The notes: generated by a model not told the origin, from the letters alone. Positions 37,430-48,639 are shown, counted from the whole stretch's first letter. The stretch is 63,666 nucleotides of DNA, filler included, from Octopus bimaculoides (GCF_001194135.2; 10 parts of 9 records of this genome joined end to end with filler, not necessarily neighbours in it); one strand, 5' to 3'. Numbers and translations are program-made.

Positions 37430-37810
37430 ACCAGTAATTACATCTTTTGTAAGAAATATTGTCACAGCATTGGTTGGGAAATGAGGGAATAAGATGAAGA
37501 AAAGAAGCTTGAAATAAACTGCATAGAAATAGAGAAGTTTATATTTCGTTAAGTAGAGAAAAAAAGCATGAGAAAAATGGTGAAGAATTATAAATTTAAG
37601 ATCAATAGTTATATGGAAAAGTAGGATTGAGTGGGGGACCCTGAGGAAAAGAAAATGTAGAAGTATTCTTGAAATAATGAAAAGAATATTTAACTGCAGA
37701 TGAGTGTATCCTATGTAGAGGTTTACAGACAAATTGTAAAGCAGTGCTAAGCGGCGTAACCCAAGAGAAGGAACTGAATTTCTAAGTGGAATAGAGACGA
37801 AAAAACAGGT
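37430..37810 (-). mobile_element. Possible highly decayed I/Nimb-type LINE C-terminal fragment
   Basis: The minus-strand ORF contains 'LYIGYTHL' (cf. I-clade 'LRIGHTHL'); no other motif intact. Confidence 0.25.
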
Positions 37811-37871
37811 CATATCATATCATATATCATATATATATATGTTTTATTAATAAAGCTGCAAAGACATTACA

Positions 37872-37917
37872 AAAACTGTTACTCAGAGTTTCACGTTACC
37901 GTTCGTCAGACAGTTTT
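37872..37917 (-). ncRNA. Minimal type-I hammerhead ribozyme motif (type A, intact core)
   Basis: 5'-aaaactgt CTGACGA acg gtaa cgt GAAA ctc t gag TA acagtttt-3': 8-bp stem I, CUGANGA core, 3-bp stem II, GAAA, near-palindromic stem III (ACUC-U-GAGU), GUA cleavage triplet. Confidence 0.8.
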
Positions 37918-37966
37918 GGTTGAAAATAGAACAAAATACGGTTCATATTTTGTTCCATTCTCAACC

Positions 37967-38012
37967 AAATCTGTCCGATGAATGGGAACGTGAAACTCTG
38001 AGTAGCAGTTTT
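37967..38012 (+). ncRNA. Hammerhead motif type A, inverted copy with U4C core change (probably inactive)
   Basis: aaatctgt CCGATGA atg ggaa cgt GAAA ctc t gag TA gcagtttt. Confidence 0.65.
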
Positions 38013-38202
38013 TGTGATGTCTTTGCAGCTTTGTTAATAAAGCATATTATTCTACTTCCGGTATTCGAGTACTATTTTTCCACCTGGTTTCGCATTTATG
38101 TACTTATTCTGGTATATATTTTTTCTTTCTTCTCCTTTTCCATGCTGGACCGCTGAACCTTACACATTTGTTTCATTCTCTCTCTGTTTATTTTCTCCTA
38201 TT

Positions 38203-38240
38203 TCTCTCTGCTGAAGAGCGTAGGCTCGAAATGTAAAAGA
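38203..38240 (+). ncRNA. Hammerhead-like motif type B, degenerate
   Basis: tctct CTGCTGA a gagc gtag gctc GAAA tg TA aaaga: perfect 4-bp stem II; the core position normally A6 is C. Confidence 0.55.
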
Positions 38241-38377
38241 CTTCCTCATCATCCACACACAGATTCACACACATATATACATACACACACCACACACACA
38301 CACATGTATATGTATAAGTATATATAAATATATATACACATATATATATATATGTGTGTTTGTGTGCATAAATATGT

Positions 38378-38416
<39 letters not shown>

Positions 38417-38505
38417 GTTGAAATTTATAGAAAAACAAAAGACGAGAACAGGTTTATGAACAACAAGCAAGTGTATTAGTTTGACACTCGGGGAAAATGA
38501 AAAAG

Positions 38506-38543
38506 TCTTTTACGTTTCGAGCCTACGCTTTTCAACAGAAAGA
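38506..38543 (-). ncRNA. Hammerhead-like motif type B, inverted copy
   Basis: tcttt CTGTTGA a aagc gtag gctc GAAA cg TA aaaga: perfect 5-bp stem I, palindromic ACGU stem III, A6U core variant. Confidence 0.6.
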
Positions 38544-39254
38544 AATGTGAGAAAATAAACAGAGAGAGAATGAAACAAACGTGTAAAGTTCAGTGGTTCA
38601 GCATGGAAAAAGGGAAGAGAGAGAAAAATATATACCAGAATAAGCACATACAGGGAAAGAGCACGGGCGTGCAAAGCCGAAAATGGCTGCCATTTAAGCG
38701 ATGTCATTTTTCATATGTAATGTAGTGGTGTAGCAAAATTTGACCAGTGCATATTAATTTCCATTATGTCCTTTATATTATATCAAAATATTATGCATTT
38801 ATTTATAATATTAAGGAAGTCATTAAAAATTGAAATCCCTCAGTGACTTTTGGGACACCTTGTATAATTCCAGTGAAACTAGCTTACTAATATAGTGAGC
38901 TCCTTCGCTCGCTATGGGGTGGTTATCTCCCCCGTCAGTACATAGAATGTGCTTTTTATGGCTGTAAAGGTCTCTAACTCTTGTTTCTAGTCATGTAAAT
39001 GTTACTCAATATCCTCAAATCACGATTAGTGACACACTGTATATATGTGTGCGTATATATATTCACAGTTGTATTGCAGTCGATTATTACACAACACAAA
39101 CTGTCTCCTTTGCAGTCTGTCTCTTTCTCTTTTTCTCTCTCCCCCTCTCCCTCTCACTCACACACACACACATACTCTCTCTCCCTCTCTCTCTCTGTCT
39201 GTCTATCTATCTTGCTCTCTTTCTGAATCCCTCTCTCTTTCTAGCTTTCTTTCT

Positions 39255-39294
<40 letters not shown>

Positions 39295-39760
39295 ACAAAT
39301 ATCTGTCTGTCTGTCTATCTGTCTATCTATCCCTCTCTTTAACACATCATATTCTCCTCCATTTCACTGCTATTCTCCAGTTCAATTAAATAACCAACAA
39401 ATCTCTTATAAACACTATTTGCCTCTCTTTCTTCGTCAGCAATGTCATACTCTTCCTTTATTATTTTCTCATCAGACATTTAACTGATTCCATCATGGCC
39501 GCTGCTACAAATTTATTCTCCGATATTTCCTTTCACTTGTTTCAGCCATTAGACTGCTGCGGCTATCCTGGAACACTGTCATGAAAATTGCAATCGAACA
39601 AATCGTATATATATATATATATATAAATTAGGAATATTGCATGTCTAAATCTCTCAGAGAGACTTATACAATAGCAGTACGATAAAGTGAATTTATTTCA
39701 CTTGAAATTCTATAAGTTTTCAACGGCGAATAAGCATCGACAGTTAGCAAGCCAAGCTAC

Positions 39761-39803
39761 TCCAGTCTGATGAAGAGTAATAACTCTGAAACTAGTCTCT
39801 GGA
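39761..39803 (+). ncRNA. Minimal type-I hammerhead ribozyme motif (type C, canonical core)
   Basis: tccag t CTGATGA agagt aata actct GAAA ctag TC t ctgga: CUGAUGA core, 5-bp stem II, palindromic ACUAGU stem III, GUC triplet, 5-bp stem I with a U-U mismatch next to the core. Confidence 0.8.
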
Positions 39804-40149
39804 TACTGACTTTGCTGGGTGGAGGTGCTTATTTCCCCTGTGTGAAAACTTAAGGACACAGAGCGCTTGTGTCACGTAGCCAACTGGAAACGATGTTTCC
39901 TGGGGCTAAATAGCAGTAGCATTCTTCCCTTTCCCGAGACTACTACATTAAGCTGGCAACAAACCATCACTCTCTCTATATATATAATCACAATGATGAT
40001 ATTTAAGAAAAAAGGGGCATTGAGAGGAAGGCAGTGGATTGGGGGACGCTATGAATTTATTATGATATTATTATAGTATCGTATACAAATTATATAATAT
40101 TATATTAAATATCAAATGATTCATAGTATATAAAAATTAGTAAAATATG

Positions 40150-40232
40150 AAATATACATAAAAATAGGGTGGCGCTGAGGGTTATATGCGGCCATGAGAG
40201 GAGCGGTGGCCCAAAATGTTTGAGAAACTCTG
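40150..40232 (-). mobile_element. hAT-like MITE end
   Basis: Minus strand ctttagat|CAGAGTTTCTCAAACATTTTGGGCCACCGCTCC, a Charlie-type terminus; partner end not found. Confidence 0.4.
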
Positions 40233-41254
40233 ATCTAAAGTATATGGTGATAGGCATGGCTGGCTTGTCAGAATTTGAACATATAAGATAGTGAAACAAA
40301 ACAAAATAGACCAGAGCGTGTTTAGTCCGGCACTCCATCATGTTTGCCTCTATTCATCTCTTTCTATTCACCCACCCCAGCTAATTATTACAATTTTATT
40401 TACATTCGCAAAAGGCTACAGATTTATAGCGGTGGCGGTGGGGTGGTGTGGGGTAGGGTGAGGTGAAGTTGATGATAGTGTTGGTGATGATGATGAATGT
40501 GATAGCTGTGGCGATGGCGATGGTGGTAGTGATGATACTTGTGTTGTTGTTGTTGTTGTTGTTATTGTTGTTGTTGTTGGTGGTGGTGGTGGTGGTTGTA
40601 ATGTTGATGATGGTTATGATGATGATGACGGTGGCAATGGTGGTTGTAGTAGTGGGGATGGTATTGATGAGCTCTTGGCTGTCTAAAGTGCAGACTATGA
40701 AATATAAATGAATGAACGGGTGCAATGAAGAACAATGCGTTCCTTCGCGCTACAGCTTATTAAAATAACGATTTCTTGAGATTAGGCACGTAGCCATATT
40801 TCTTTTTAATGGAGTGACAAATTGCAAATCGTGACATTCCTGTTTTTTAAGCCCCTTCCCCAACCTTCCCACACTCAGAATGATACAAAAATTAAAAAAA
40901 AAATTTTTTAATCATTTCAAAGTAAATGAAGTGAACAGACTTCAACCGGGAATCGAAACCGCGTCGTAGATTTGTCATCATTCGACTCCTCAAATGTTAG
41001 CGCTTGCTTTAATGATTTCTTTTACGTAATTTTGAGAGAAGGCGAGGAAGAAGTTAGCGGATATAGATGACACTTAGTTGGTTCCTGTTAGATTGGGTAG
41101 AAACAAACCTAAACTATGATGTTGTGAGGTTCATGCCTTCCTCCCAATAGTGCTATTTGCCATTCTGTGGTGTTAGAGAACGGATGAAAGTGTCAGTAAA
41201 CGGAATGTTCTGTCAGTTTGTGACGGTCAATCGAAGAATCGCACACTACCCAGT

Positions 41255-41268
41255 GCGCCCTCTGGTGG
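41255..41268 (-). promoter_or_regulatory. CTCF-like motif (reverse)
   Basis: Plus strand gcgccctctggtgg = CCACCAGAGGGCGC on the minus strand, a full match to the CTCF core consensus, in unique sequence. Confidence 0.5.
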
Positions 41269-42379
41269 TGAATTATAAAGCATCCAACAATATCTTAGAA
41301 TTTATACAGATACTACATCGATTTTCCAGAACATCTGGTTCCAGATCTTTCCGGATTAGTGATTATTCCGAATCAAAAATAGTCACCAAAGTCAACACAC
41401 ACGAAATTAAACAAATATTAAATTTATTTAGGAATGGCTGTGTGGTAAGTAGCTTGCTTACCAACCACACCGAGGAAGGAGCGGTGTCCCTGTTAATAAT
41501 GATGGTGACATTGTTGCTTGGTGCCGCCAAATTTCGTGACCTGTAGTTGAGCTGACGAGGACGATGCTGCTGCTGTTGTTTTTCTAGAGGCCCGTCATTT
41601 TATTAGAGTTAAGATTAAGGGGGCGAATTATCAGAATCGTTAGAACACTGGACGAAATGCTTAGTGGTACTTCGTCCGTCTTTACGTTCCGAGTACAAAT
41701 TCCGCTGAGGTCGACTTTGCTTTTCATCCTTTCGGGTGTCGATAAATTAAGTACCAGTTGCGTACTGGAGTCAATCTAATCGTCTGGCCCCACTGCCAAA
41801 AGATTTCGGGCCTTGTGTCTAGAGTAGAAAAAAATATTACCATGTATAAGGCGGTGAGCTGGCAGAATCGTTAAGCACGCTGAACGAAATGCTTAGCGGT
41901 ATTTCGTCCGTCTTTACGTTCTGAGTTCAAATTCCGCCCAGGTCGAGTTTGCCTTTCATCCTTTCGGGGTCGACAAAATAAGTACCCGTTGCGTACTGGA
42001 GTCGATCTAATCGACTAGACCCTTCCCAAAAAATTTCAGGCCTTGTGCCAATAGTAGAAAGGGTTATTACAGTTAAGAGTTTTTTCAATTTCCTTATTGT
42101 AGCTATTCCGCAAACAGTTTTGTTATTGGTGGAGATGAGAGCGGAGATATGGCGGCGGCAATAGCGGCGGTAGCATTGATGGTAATGGTGGGGGTGGGGG
42201 TGGTGGTGATGGTGGTGGTGGTAGTAGTTATGCTATTGACTAAGAGAAGAAAGTTGTCTTCTTTCTGTGAAAGGGGTAANNNNNNNNNNNNNNNNNNNNN
42301 NNNNNNNNNNNNNNNNNNNNNNNTTAATTAATTAANNNNNNNNNNNNNNNNNNNNNNNNNNNNNNNNNNNNNNNNNNNN

Positions 42380-42945
42380 ATGGCATCTCAGAACCAGCAT
42401 GTATTCACACCGTTAAAAAGAAGGAGCATTGATAGAACACCCAAATAGAAACATCAATTTACGGTAAACTTAACAGACCTGATGTTGTTTTGTGGGACAG
42501 TGAACAAAAGTCAGGTACTGCCGCAGAGGTCAACTGGCCTGCAGATGTGAATGTACAATCAAAAGTCCAGGAAAAAGTGAACGTTTATGGCGAATTAATG
42601 CGGAACTTACAACTCTTGTAACCTTACTATGTATTTTCATTTGTACCTATCATCATAAGTGCACTAGGTTATATATCAACAAATGTATACTAAAACCTAG
42701 AAATACTCGGTTTCACGGAAGAAGAGAGAGAGGAATTGATCCTTATGTGAAGAGAGAAAGGAACTGATCCTTGGATGTACGCATCGAGAGTTCAACCAAC
42801 AAGCTAACTCAACCGTATATTTGCAAACACCGGGAACTCATTTAACTGAAAATATCTTGTCGCTTTGTTAGTAACCGGCTTGAAATCTCTCAAGAACTCA
42901 AATTAAATACAACGAAAATCATACATACATACGTACATATATAAC
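42380..42945 (+). mobile_element. 3' end of an RLE-endonuclease non-LTR retrotransposon (family 2), (CATA)n tail
   Basis: NRPDVVLWDSEQKSGTAAEVNWPADVNVQSKVQEKVNVYGELMRNLQLL*...FVPIIISALGY matches the PD..D/E..K restriction-like endonuclease fold; ends ...aaaatcatacatacat. Confidence 0.8.
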
Positions 42946-43362
42946 TCGAAGCGACAAGACGGATGTTTGGAAAACTGAATACTTGTAGAGTAGTTCTGAA
43001 CTGTAAGAGGACATCCATTATCACAGTCGTGGAATGCATGCGTAAGCAGAAGAGCAAAGAATACCGAAAATAGTGTGGGAGTAGGAACATCGATTTGTCA
43101 GTCGGAATTTTGTGAGACAGTTTTCTGTTTAATACAACCCGTGCAACCGCTTAGATATGGAAATTAAAAATAAATCAATATATATTGAAAAACCGTTTAC
43201 CTGATTTCATACCTAGTAACATATCGGCTTCCTTTACTACAACATAAATTGGTGTTTAAAGCCGTGAAATCAACACAATAAGGTATTTGCTTAGAACATA
43301 AACAATGAGGATTTAAAACACTGAATGTGTAAATATGTAAAAACAAAATGTCCAATACTTAC

Positions 43363-43553
43363 AATATCCGAACATTCTGGGAAATATTTTCTGGAACAGA
43401 ATTCAAATTGCGATTTTCACAATATATTTCCTGACTTCCAAAATCACATCTACAAATACTGCAAACGTCTGAAACAGCATGAGCCTCCAAAAGTAATCTC
43501 ATGTACAGTATCAACACAAAGGTGAACATAACATGGAGATTTTGTCGCCGCAT
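43363..43553 (-). CDS. First coding exon of a secreted or membrane leucine-rich-repeat protein (signal peptide + LRRNT cap)
   Basis: Acceptor tattcttttacAG|attaATG (exon starts 43557). MRRQNLHVMFTFVLILYMRLLLEAHA (hydrophobic core, AxA cleavage site) then VSDVCSICRCDFGSQEIYCENRNLNSVPENISQNVRIL (C-xx-C-x-C...C-xx-RNL-xx-VP-x-NI cap). Phase-2 donor TT|GTAAGT at 43362, the usual intron position in LRR genes. Confidence 0.8.
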
Positions 43554-44343
43554 TAATCTGTAAAAGAATAAAATATAAAATATCAGGCACTCCATAATTA
43601 TTTCATTCCTTTTTCAGATTCTATGAAGGACAAAGATTGCTCCATGTTTCATGCGATGAATTTATCATTGATTTCACTTTCTTTCAAAGTCATAATTAAA
43701 AATTAAAAAAAACTGAATCTTGATCAATCAGTGTGAAGAATGAGCGATAATATCAAATAAAAACTGAAANNNNNNNNNNNNNNNNNNNNNNNNNNNNNNN
43801 NNNNNNNNNNNNNNNNNNNNNNNNNNNNNNNNNNNNNNNNNNNNNNNNNNNNNNNNNNNNNNNNNNNNNNNNNNNNNNNNNNNNNNNNNNNNNNNNNNNN
43901 NNNNNNNNNNNNNNNNNNNNNNNNNNNNNNNNNNNNNNNNNNNNNNNNNNNNNNNNNNNNNNNNNNNNNNNNNNNNNNNNNNNNNNNNNNNNNNNNNNNN
44001 NNNNNNNNNNNNNNNNNNNNNNNNNNNNNNNNNNNNNNNNNNNNNNNNNNNNNNNNNNNNNNNNNNNNNNNNNNNNNNNNNNNNNNNNNNNNNNNNNNAG
44101 TGTAATTGTCTGTGAATGTATGTATGTGTATATATCTCTCTCACTGTGTGTATCATTGTACGTGAGTTAGGTTATTAGACATATGTGTGTGAGGGCTGAT
44201 CGGTGTTAATGAGAAATTTGATTTTCATTTCGATTAAAGTATAACATTTCATAGAGATAGTCTTTCTATTTACGCAGATGTACTCGCATAGCAAGTGACT
44301 TGATCTGAGATTGCGTGCTCGGAACGTATATATATATATATAG

Positions 44344-44406
<63 letters not shown>

Positions 44407-45073
44407 CAAAATTCGACGGAGTAACAGTTATATATACAACTTGGTCACACGTACACATGTATTAGTACATAGATATATATATATTTACATGTGGATATAC
44501 ATATACACAAACACTGATACCTTTGCACTCTTACATCTGTAAATGCTCACATACATACATATATACATACATAGTTACATACATACGTATATGCATAAGC
44601 ACATATGCAGTACGAAATCTTGTCAGTGACCAGGTCGGGTTTTAAAGTGACGAAAATAGTTTGACAAAAATGAAATTTCAATGTCGAAGTGAAACTAACG
44701 GTTTTTGTGTCTTCTTAAATGGCTTACAAACTTCTCCCACGCTGCAGTCTTTCTATTGTCTACGGGACTCTTTATACCACGACGATAACATCACATTGTG
44801 TATATGACTGTGTATCTGTCTGTGAGTGTATGAGCGTTAGTGCGTAAATGAATATATGTATAATACTGTCTGTGCATTTCCNNNNNNNNNNNNNNNNNNN
44901 NNNNNNNNNNNNNNNNNNNNNNNNNTTAATTAATTAANNNNNNNNNNNNNNNNNNNNNNNNNNNNNNNNNNNNNNNNNNNNAGTTATATTTTTAGTTCAG
45001 GTATGCTGCTGAATTTTGAGAAGAATATAAGGGTACTGCAAGTGGAAAAAAGGTAACGGGGGCACTATTTTAA

Positions 45074-46323
45074 CCATTTCGATACCAACCTGGTTGAAAC
45101 CACCTCTGGCTCTGTAGTACAAATGCCTTGTTTTCATAAGGTTTGAATTAAAATCTTCCACCAAACCTTAGTCACAATTTATGTTCCTAACACTAGCTTG
45201 AATGATAACTAAGTTATTTTACTAAATCTTTTGTTATATTTAAAATTAATTGAAAGAAACACAGAGCATCTCAACAGAAATATGGTAACAAAAGGGTCAA
45301 TTATATAATAGAGAAACAATTCTTAACCCTTTTGATGCCAACCTGGTTGAAACCACCTCTGGCTCTGTAGTACAAATGCCTTGTTTTCATAAGGTTTGAA
45401 TTAAAATCTTCCACCAAACNNNNNNNNNNNNNNNNNNNNNNNNNNNNNNNNNNNNNNNNNNNNNNNNNNNNNNNNNNNNNNNNNNNNNNNNNNNNNNNNN
45501 NNNNNNNNNNNNNNNNNNNNNNNNNNNNNNNNNNNNNNNNNNNNNNNNNNNNNNNNNNNNNNNNNNNNNNNNNNNNNNNNNNNNNNNNNNNNNNNNNNNN
45601 NNNNNNNNNNNNNNNNNNNNNNNNNNNNNNNNNNNNNNNNNNNNNNNNNNNNNNNNNNNNNNNNNNNNNNNNNNNNNNNNNNNNNNNNNNNNNNNNNNNN
45701 NNNNNNNNNNNNNNNNNNNNNNNNNNNNNNNNNNNNNNNNNNNNNNNNNNNNNNNNNNNNNNNNNNNNNNNNNNNNNNNNNNNNNNNNNNNNNNNNNNNN
45801 NNNNNNNNNNNNNNNNNNNNNNNNNNNNNNNNNNNNNNNNNNNNNNNNNNNNNNNNNNNNNNNNNNNNNNNNNNNNNNNNNNNNNNNNNNNNNNNNNNNN
45901 NNNNNNNNNNNNNNNNNNNNNNNNNNNNNNNNNNNNNNNNNNNNNNNNNNNNNNNNNNNNNNNNNNNNNNNNNNNNNNNNNNNNNNNNNNNNNNNNNNNN
46001 NNNNNNNNNNNNNNNNNNNNNNNNNNNNNNNNNNNNNNNNNNNNNNNNNNNNNNNNNNNNNNNNNNNNNNNNNNNNNNNNNNNNNNNNNNNNNNNNNNNN
46101 NNNNNNNNNNNNNNNNNNNNNNNNNNNNNNNNNNNNNNNNNNNNNNNNNNNNNCCTTGTTTTCATAAGGTTTGAATTAAAATCTTCCACCAAACCTTAGT
46201 CACAATTTATGTTCCTAATACTAGCTTAATGATAACTGAGTTATTTTACTAAATTCTTTGTTATATTTAAAATTGATTGAAAGAAACACAGAGCATCTCA
46301 ACAGAAATATGTTAACAAATGGG
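45074..46323 (+). mobile_element. Tandem piggyBac-type MITE copies (45074-45296; 45327-45419 continuing as 46154-46323)
   Basis: TTAA|CCATTT/CCCTTT...AAAGGG|T(C/T)AA termini; bodies near-identical (~223 bp). Confidence 0.8.
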
Positions 46324-46709
46324 TTAATATGTATGAGGCTTCTTTCGTGACCGATAGGGAAAGTCACCGCCAGTCACAAACTACTTACAAAAACAGTGCA
46401 CCACACACACACTGTTCTTATGAAATGAATGAAAACAATTACTTGTGACTTGTGGTGAAGCTTCCTCCAATTTAAACCAGACCATTCCACGTCATGTCAG
46501 TCGGTCTGTGTATTTAAGAATGGCCATATCGGTCGGTTCATCTTCCTCTGGTGTATACACACATACATGTGACTGTATGCCAGGATGCTGGAAAGCAGCC
46601 GTCTCATTTGGGTTTTCTTATTTTGGTACCACTCACTGTAAGCTTGTTGCATACATAAACACACACACACACACAAACACACATATACATACATGTATAC
46701 TAACAAATA

Positions 46710-46741
<32 letters not shown>

Positions 46742-46925
46742 GTTCAAAAACACAATAACAAAANNNNNNNNNNNNNNNNNNNNNNNNNNNNNNNNNNNNN
46801 NNNNNNNTTAATTAATTAANNNNNNNNNNNNNNNNNNNNNNNNNNNNNNNNNNNNNNNNNNNNCATATATATATATATTAGTTTATAAAAATATACATAT
46901 ATATATATTTGTGTTTATATATCTA

Positions 46926-47004
<79 letters not shown>

Positions 47005-47025
47005 GTGTATATATATATATATGTG

Positions 47026-47065
<40 letters not shown>

Positions 47066-47285
47066 GACGTATGCATACGTATATATATGTGCCTGTTCGT
47101 GTGTGTATGTGTGTGTGTGTACTCACATTTACAGATACAGATTCATATGAAAAGAGCCAGTAGAAAGCTGCAGAAAACGCATATACACTAATATACGCAG
47201 ATATTTATATTCATGAATATATACATGCAAGTTGAGAGCTAGTTTCATTACCGCGAGCAGCAGCAGCACCACCACCACCACCACC

Positions 47286-47344
<59 letters not shown>

Positions 47345-47793
47345 CACTGCCACTGCTGCTGCTGCTGTCATCAATAAGGCATACACAAACGTATATATCA
47401 TAACATCTACACACATTCACGCATATATGTGTGATCACATACATGCACATATACATGTATACGAACATCTACGCACATATATAAATTCCATTTTTCTTTC
47501 AGTCAATCTTGCAAGATGCTTTTATTTCATATTTTAAAATCACTTTTGAAGAATTCAGGTTGCATAAGACATAACGTAGTAAAGGATATTTCTCAATTAT
47601 TGATTTGGCATGTACTTCGTGTATATTGTGTGTTTGTGTATGTGTGCGTACCTGTGTGTATGTATGCGTGCGTGTGTGCGTGCGTGTATGTGTGTATGTA
47701 TGTGCGTATGTGTGTGTAAGTGCGCGTGTGTGGTGTGTCTGCAAATAGTTTGACTGTCTACGTGTGTTGTGTTTCTGTAAACAAAACCTCCTC

Positions 47794-47847
<54 letters not shown>

Positions 47848-47889
47848 CACGCATAATTTACGCTGGTGGTTGTGTATACTTAGACTCGT

Positions 47890-47932
<43 letters not shown>

Positions 47933-48639
47933 CATATATATATACACAGAGACTCCCATAAGCACATATATGTATCTATACTTATACATATGTATGTTCA
48001 TACACATACGCAATTTTACGTGTATGCATGTCTATGTACGTACGTCTGTTTATATATATGTGTGTGAGTATGTATGTATATGAATACACCTCCTCTACAC
48101 ACACACAAATTCATACGCCATCAGTCCTTTCAAAGGAAAGGACACAGACATATTCAAATTCACAAAGTGATAATCACAGCTTAAAAGGCAACTATTTCAC
48201 TATTGATTGTTTCATTGCAAGACCTTTTTTTTTAATATCTAGAATAGATATTCATTTACAGAGATAACTTTATAGTGGCTTTTCTTTTCTGTCAGCAAGA
48301 CATACTTAACAGTGCCAATACCTGTGAATATGCAGATTTTTTTAAGAACAGATTGTCATGTATATTAAATATGCAGTTTCTCTTCTTCGTGTATATTATC
48401 CGTTTTCATATATAGCTTTTCAGTGGCATATAGCAAGCTGATGTATATAGGGCAGTGGCGCATACACATATTTTTGGCCTATAGCTGTCTGTTATATATA
48501 AAGCTTTGCTGACATATACTATATGTTTGCAGCATATACGATATTTCTCAGAACTAGTCTGTTGCATATATAAAATTTCTGACATCTTTCTGCTGCATAT
48601 AGTATATTTATATTGCATTGTGGAACTACTGTGTATTTT

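Larger units (their letters stand above)
37844..38649. mobile_element. Penelope/retrozyme-like cassette made of two inverted-repeat pairs carrying hammerhead motifs
   Basis: Arms 37844-37938 / 37946-38040 (95 bp, 10 mismatches, 7-nt loop) and 38098-38249 / 38497-38649 (~152 bp, ~247-bp spacer); each arm contains a hammerhead motif. Confidence 0.75.

Noticed and set aside
39338-39480. Acidic 46-codon minus-strand ORF MSDEKIIKEEYDIADEE...
   Set aside because: Short, no recognisable domain and no supporting splice sites; compatible with chance in a pyrimidine-rich tract.
39734-39765. gcatcgacagtt...caagcta upstream of hammerhead C resembles the RLE family 2 3'-UTR (42781-42810)
   Set aside because: Only about 20 of 30 bases match and the similarity does not extend; insufficient to link the ribozyme to that LINE.
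11490-41100. LRR-like words on the minus strand as candidate downstream exons (NELNISKKTF near 11530, KLTLNNRL near 15400, NRNQLSVI near 41070, 75-bp segment at 18895-18969)
   Set aside because: Each has in-frame stops, wrong phase or length, or mis-spaced consensus residues; none gives a 72/75-bp phase-2 LRR exon.
48340-48620. Recurring catata words suggesting a decayed C2H2 zinc-finger array
   Set aside because: No 84-bp periodicity and no C-x2-C/H-x3-H or TGEKP pattern in any frame examined.
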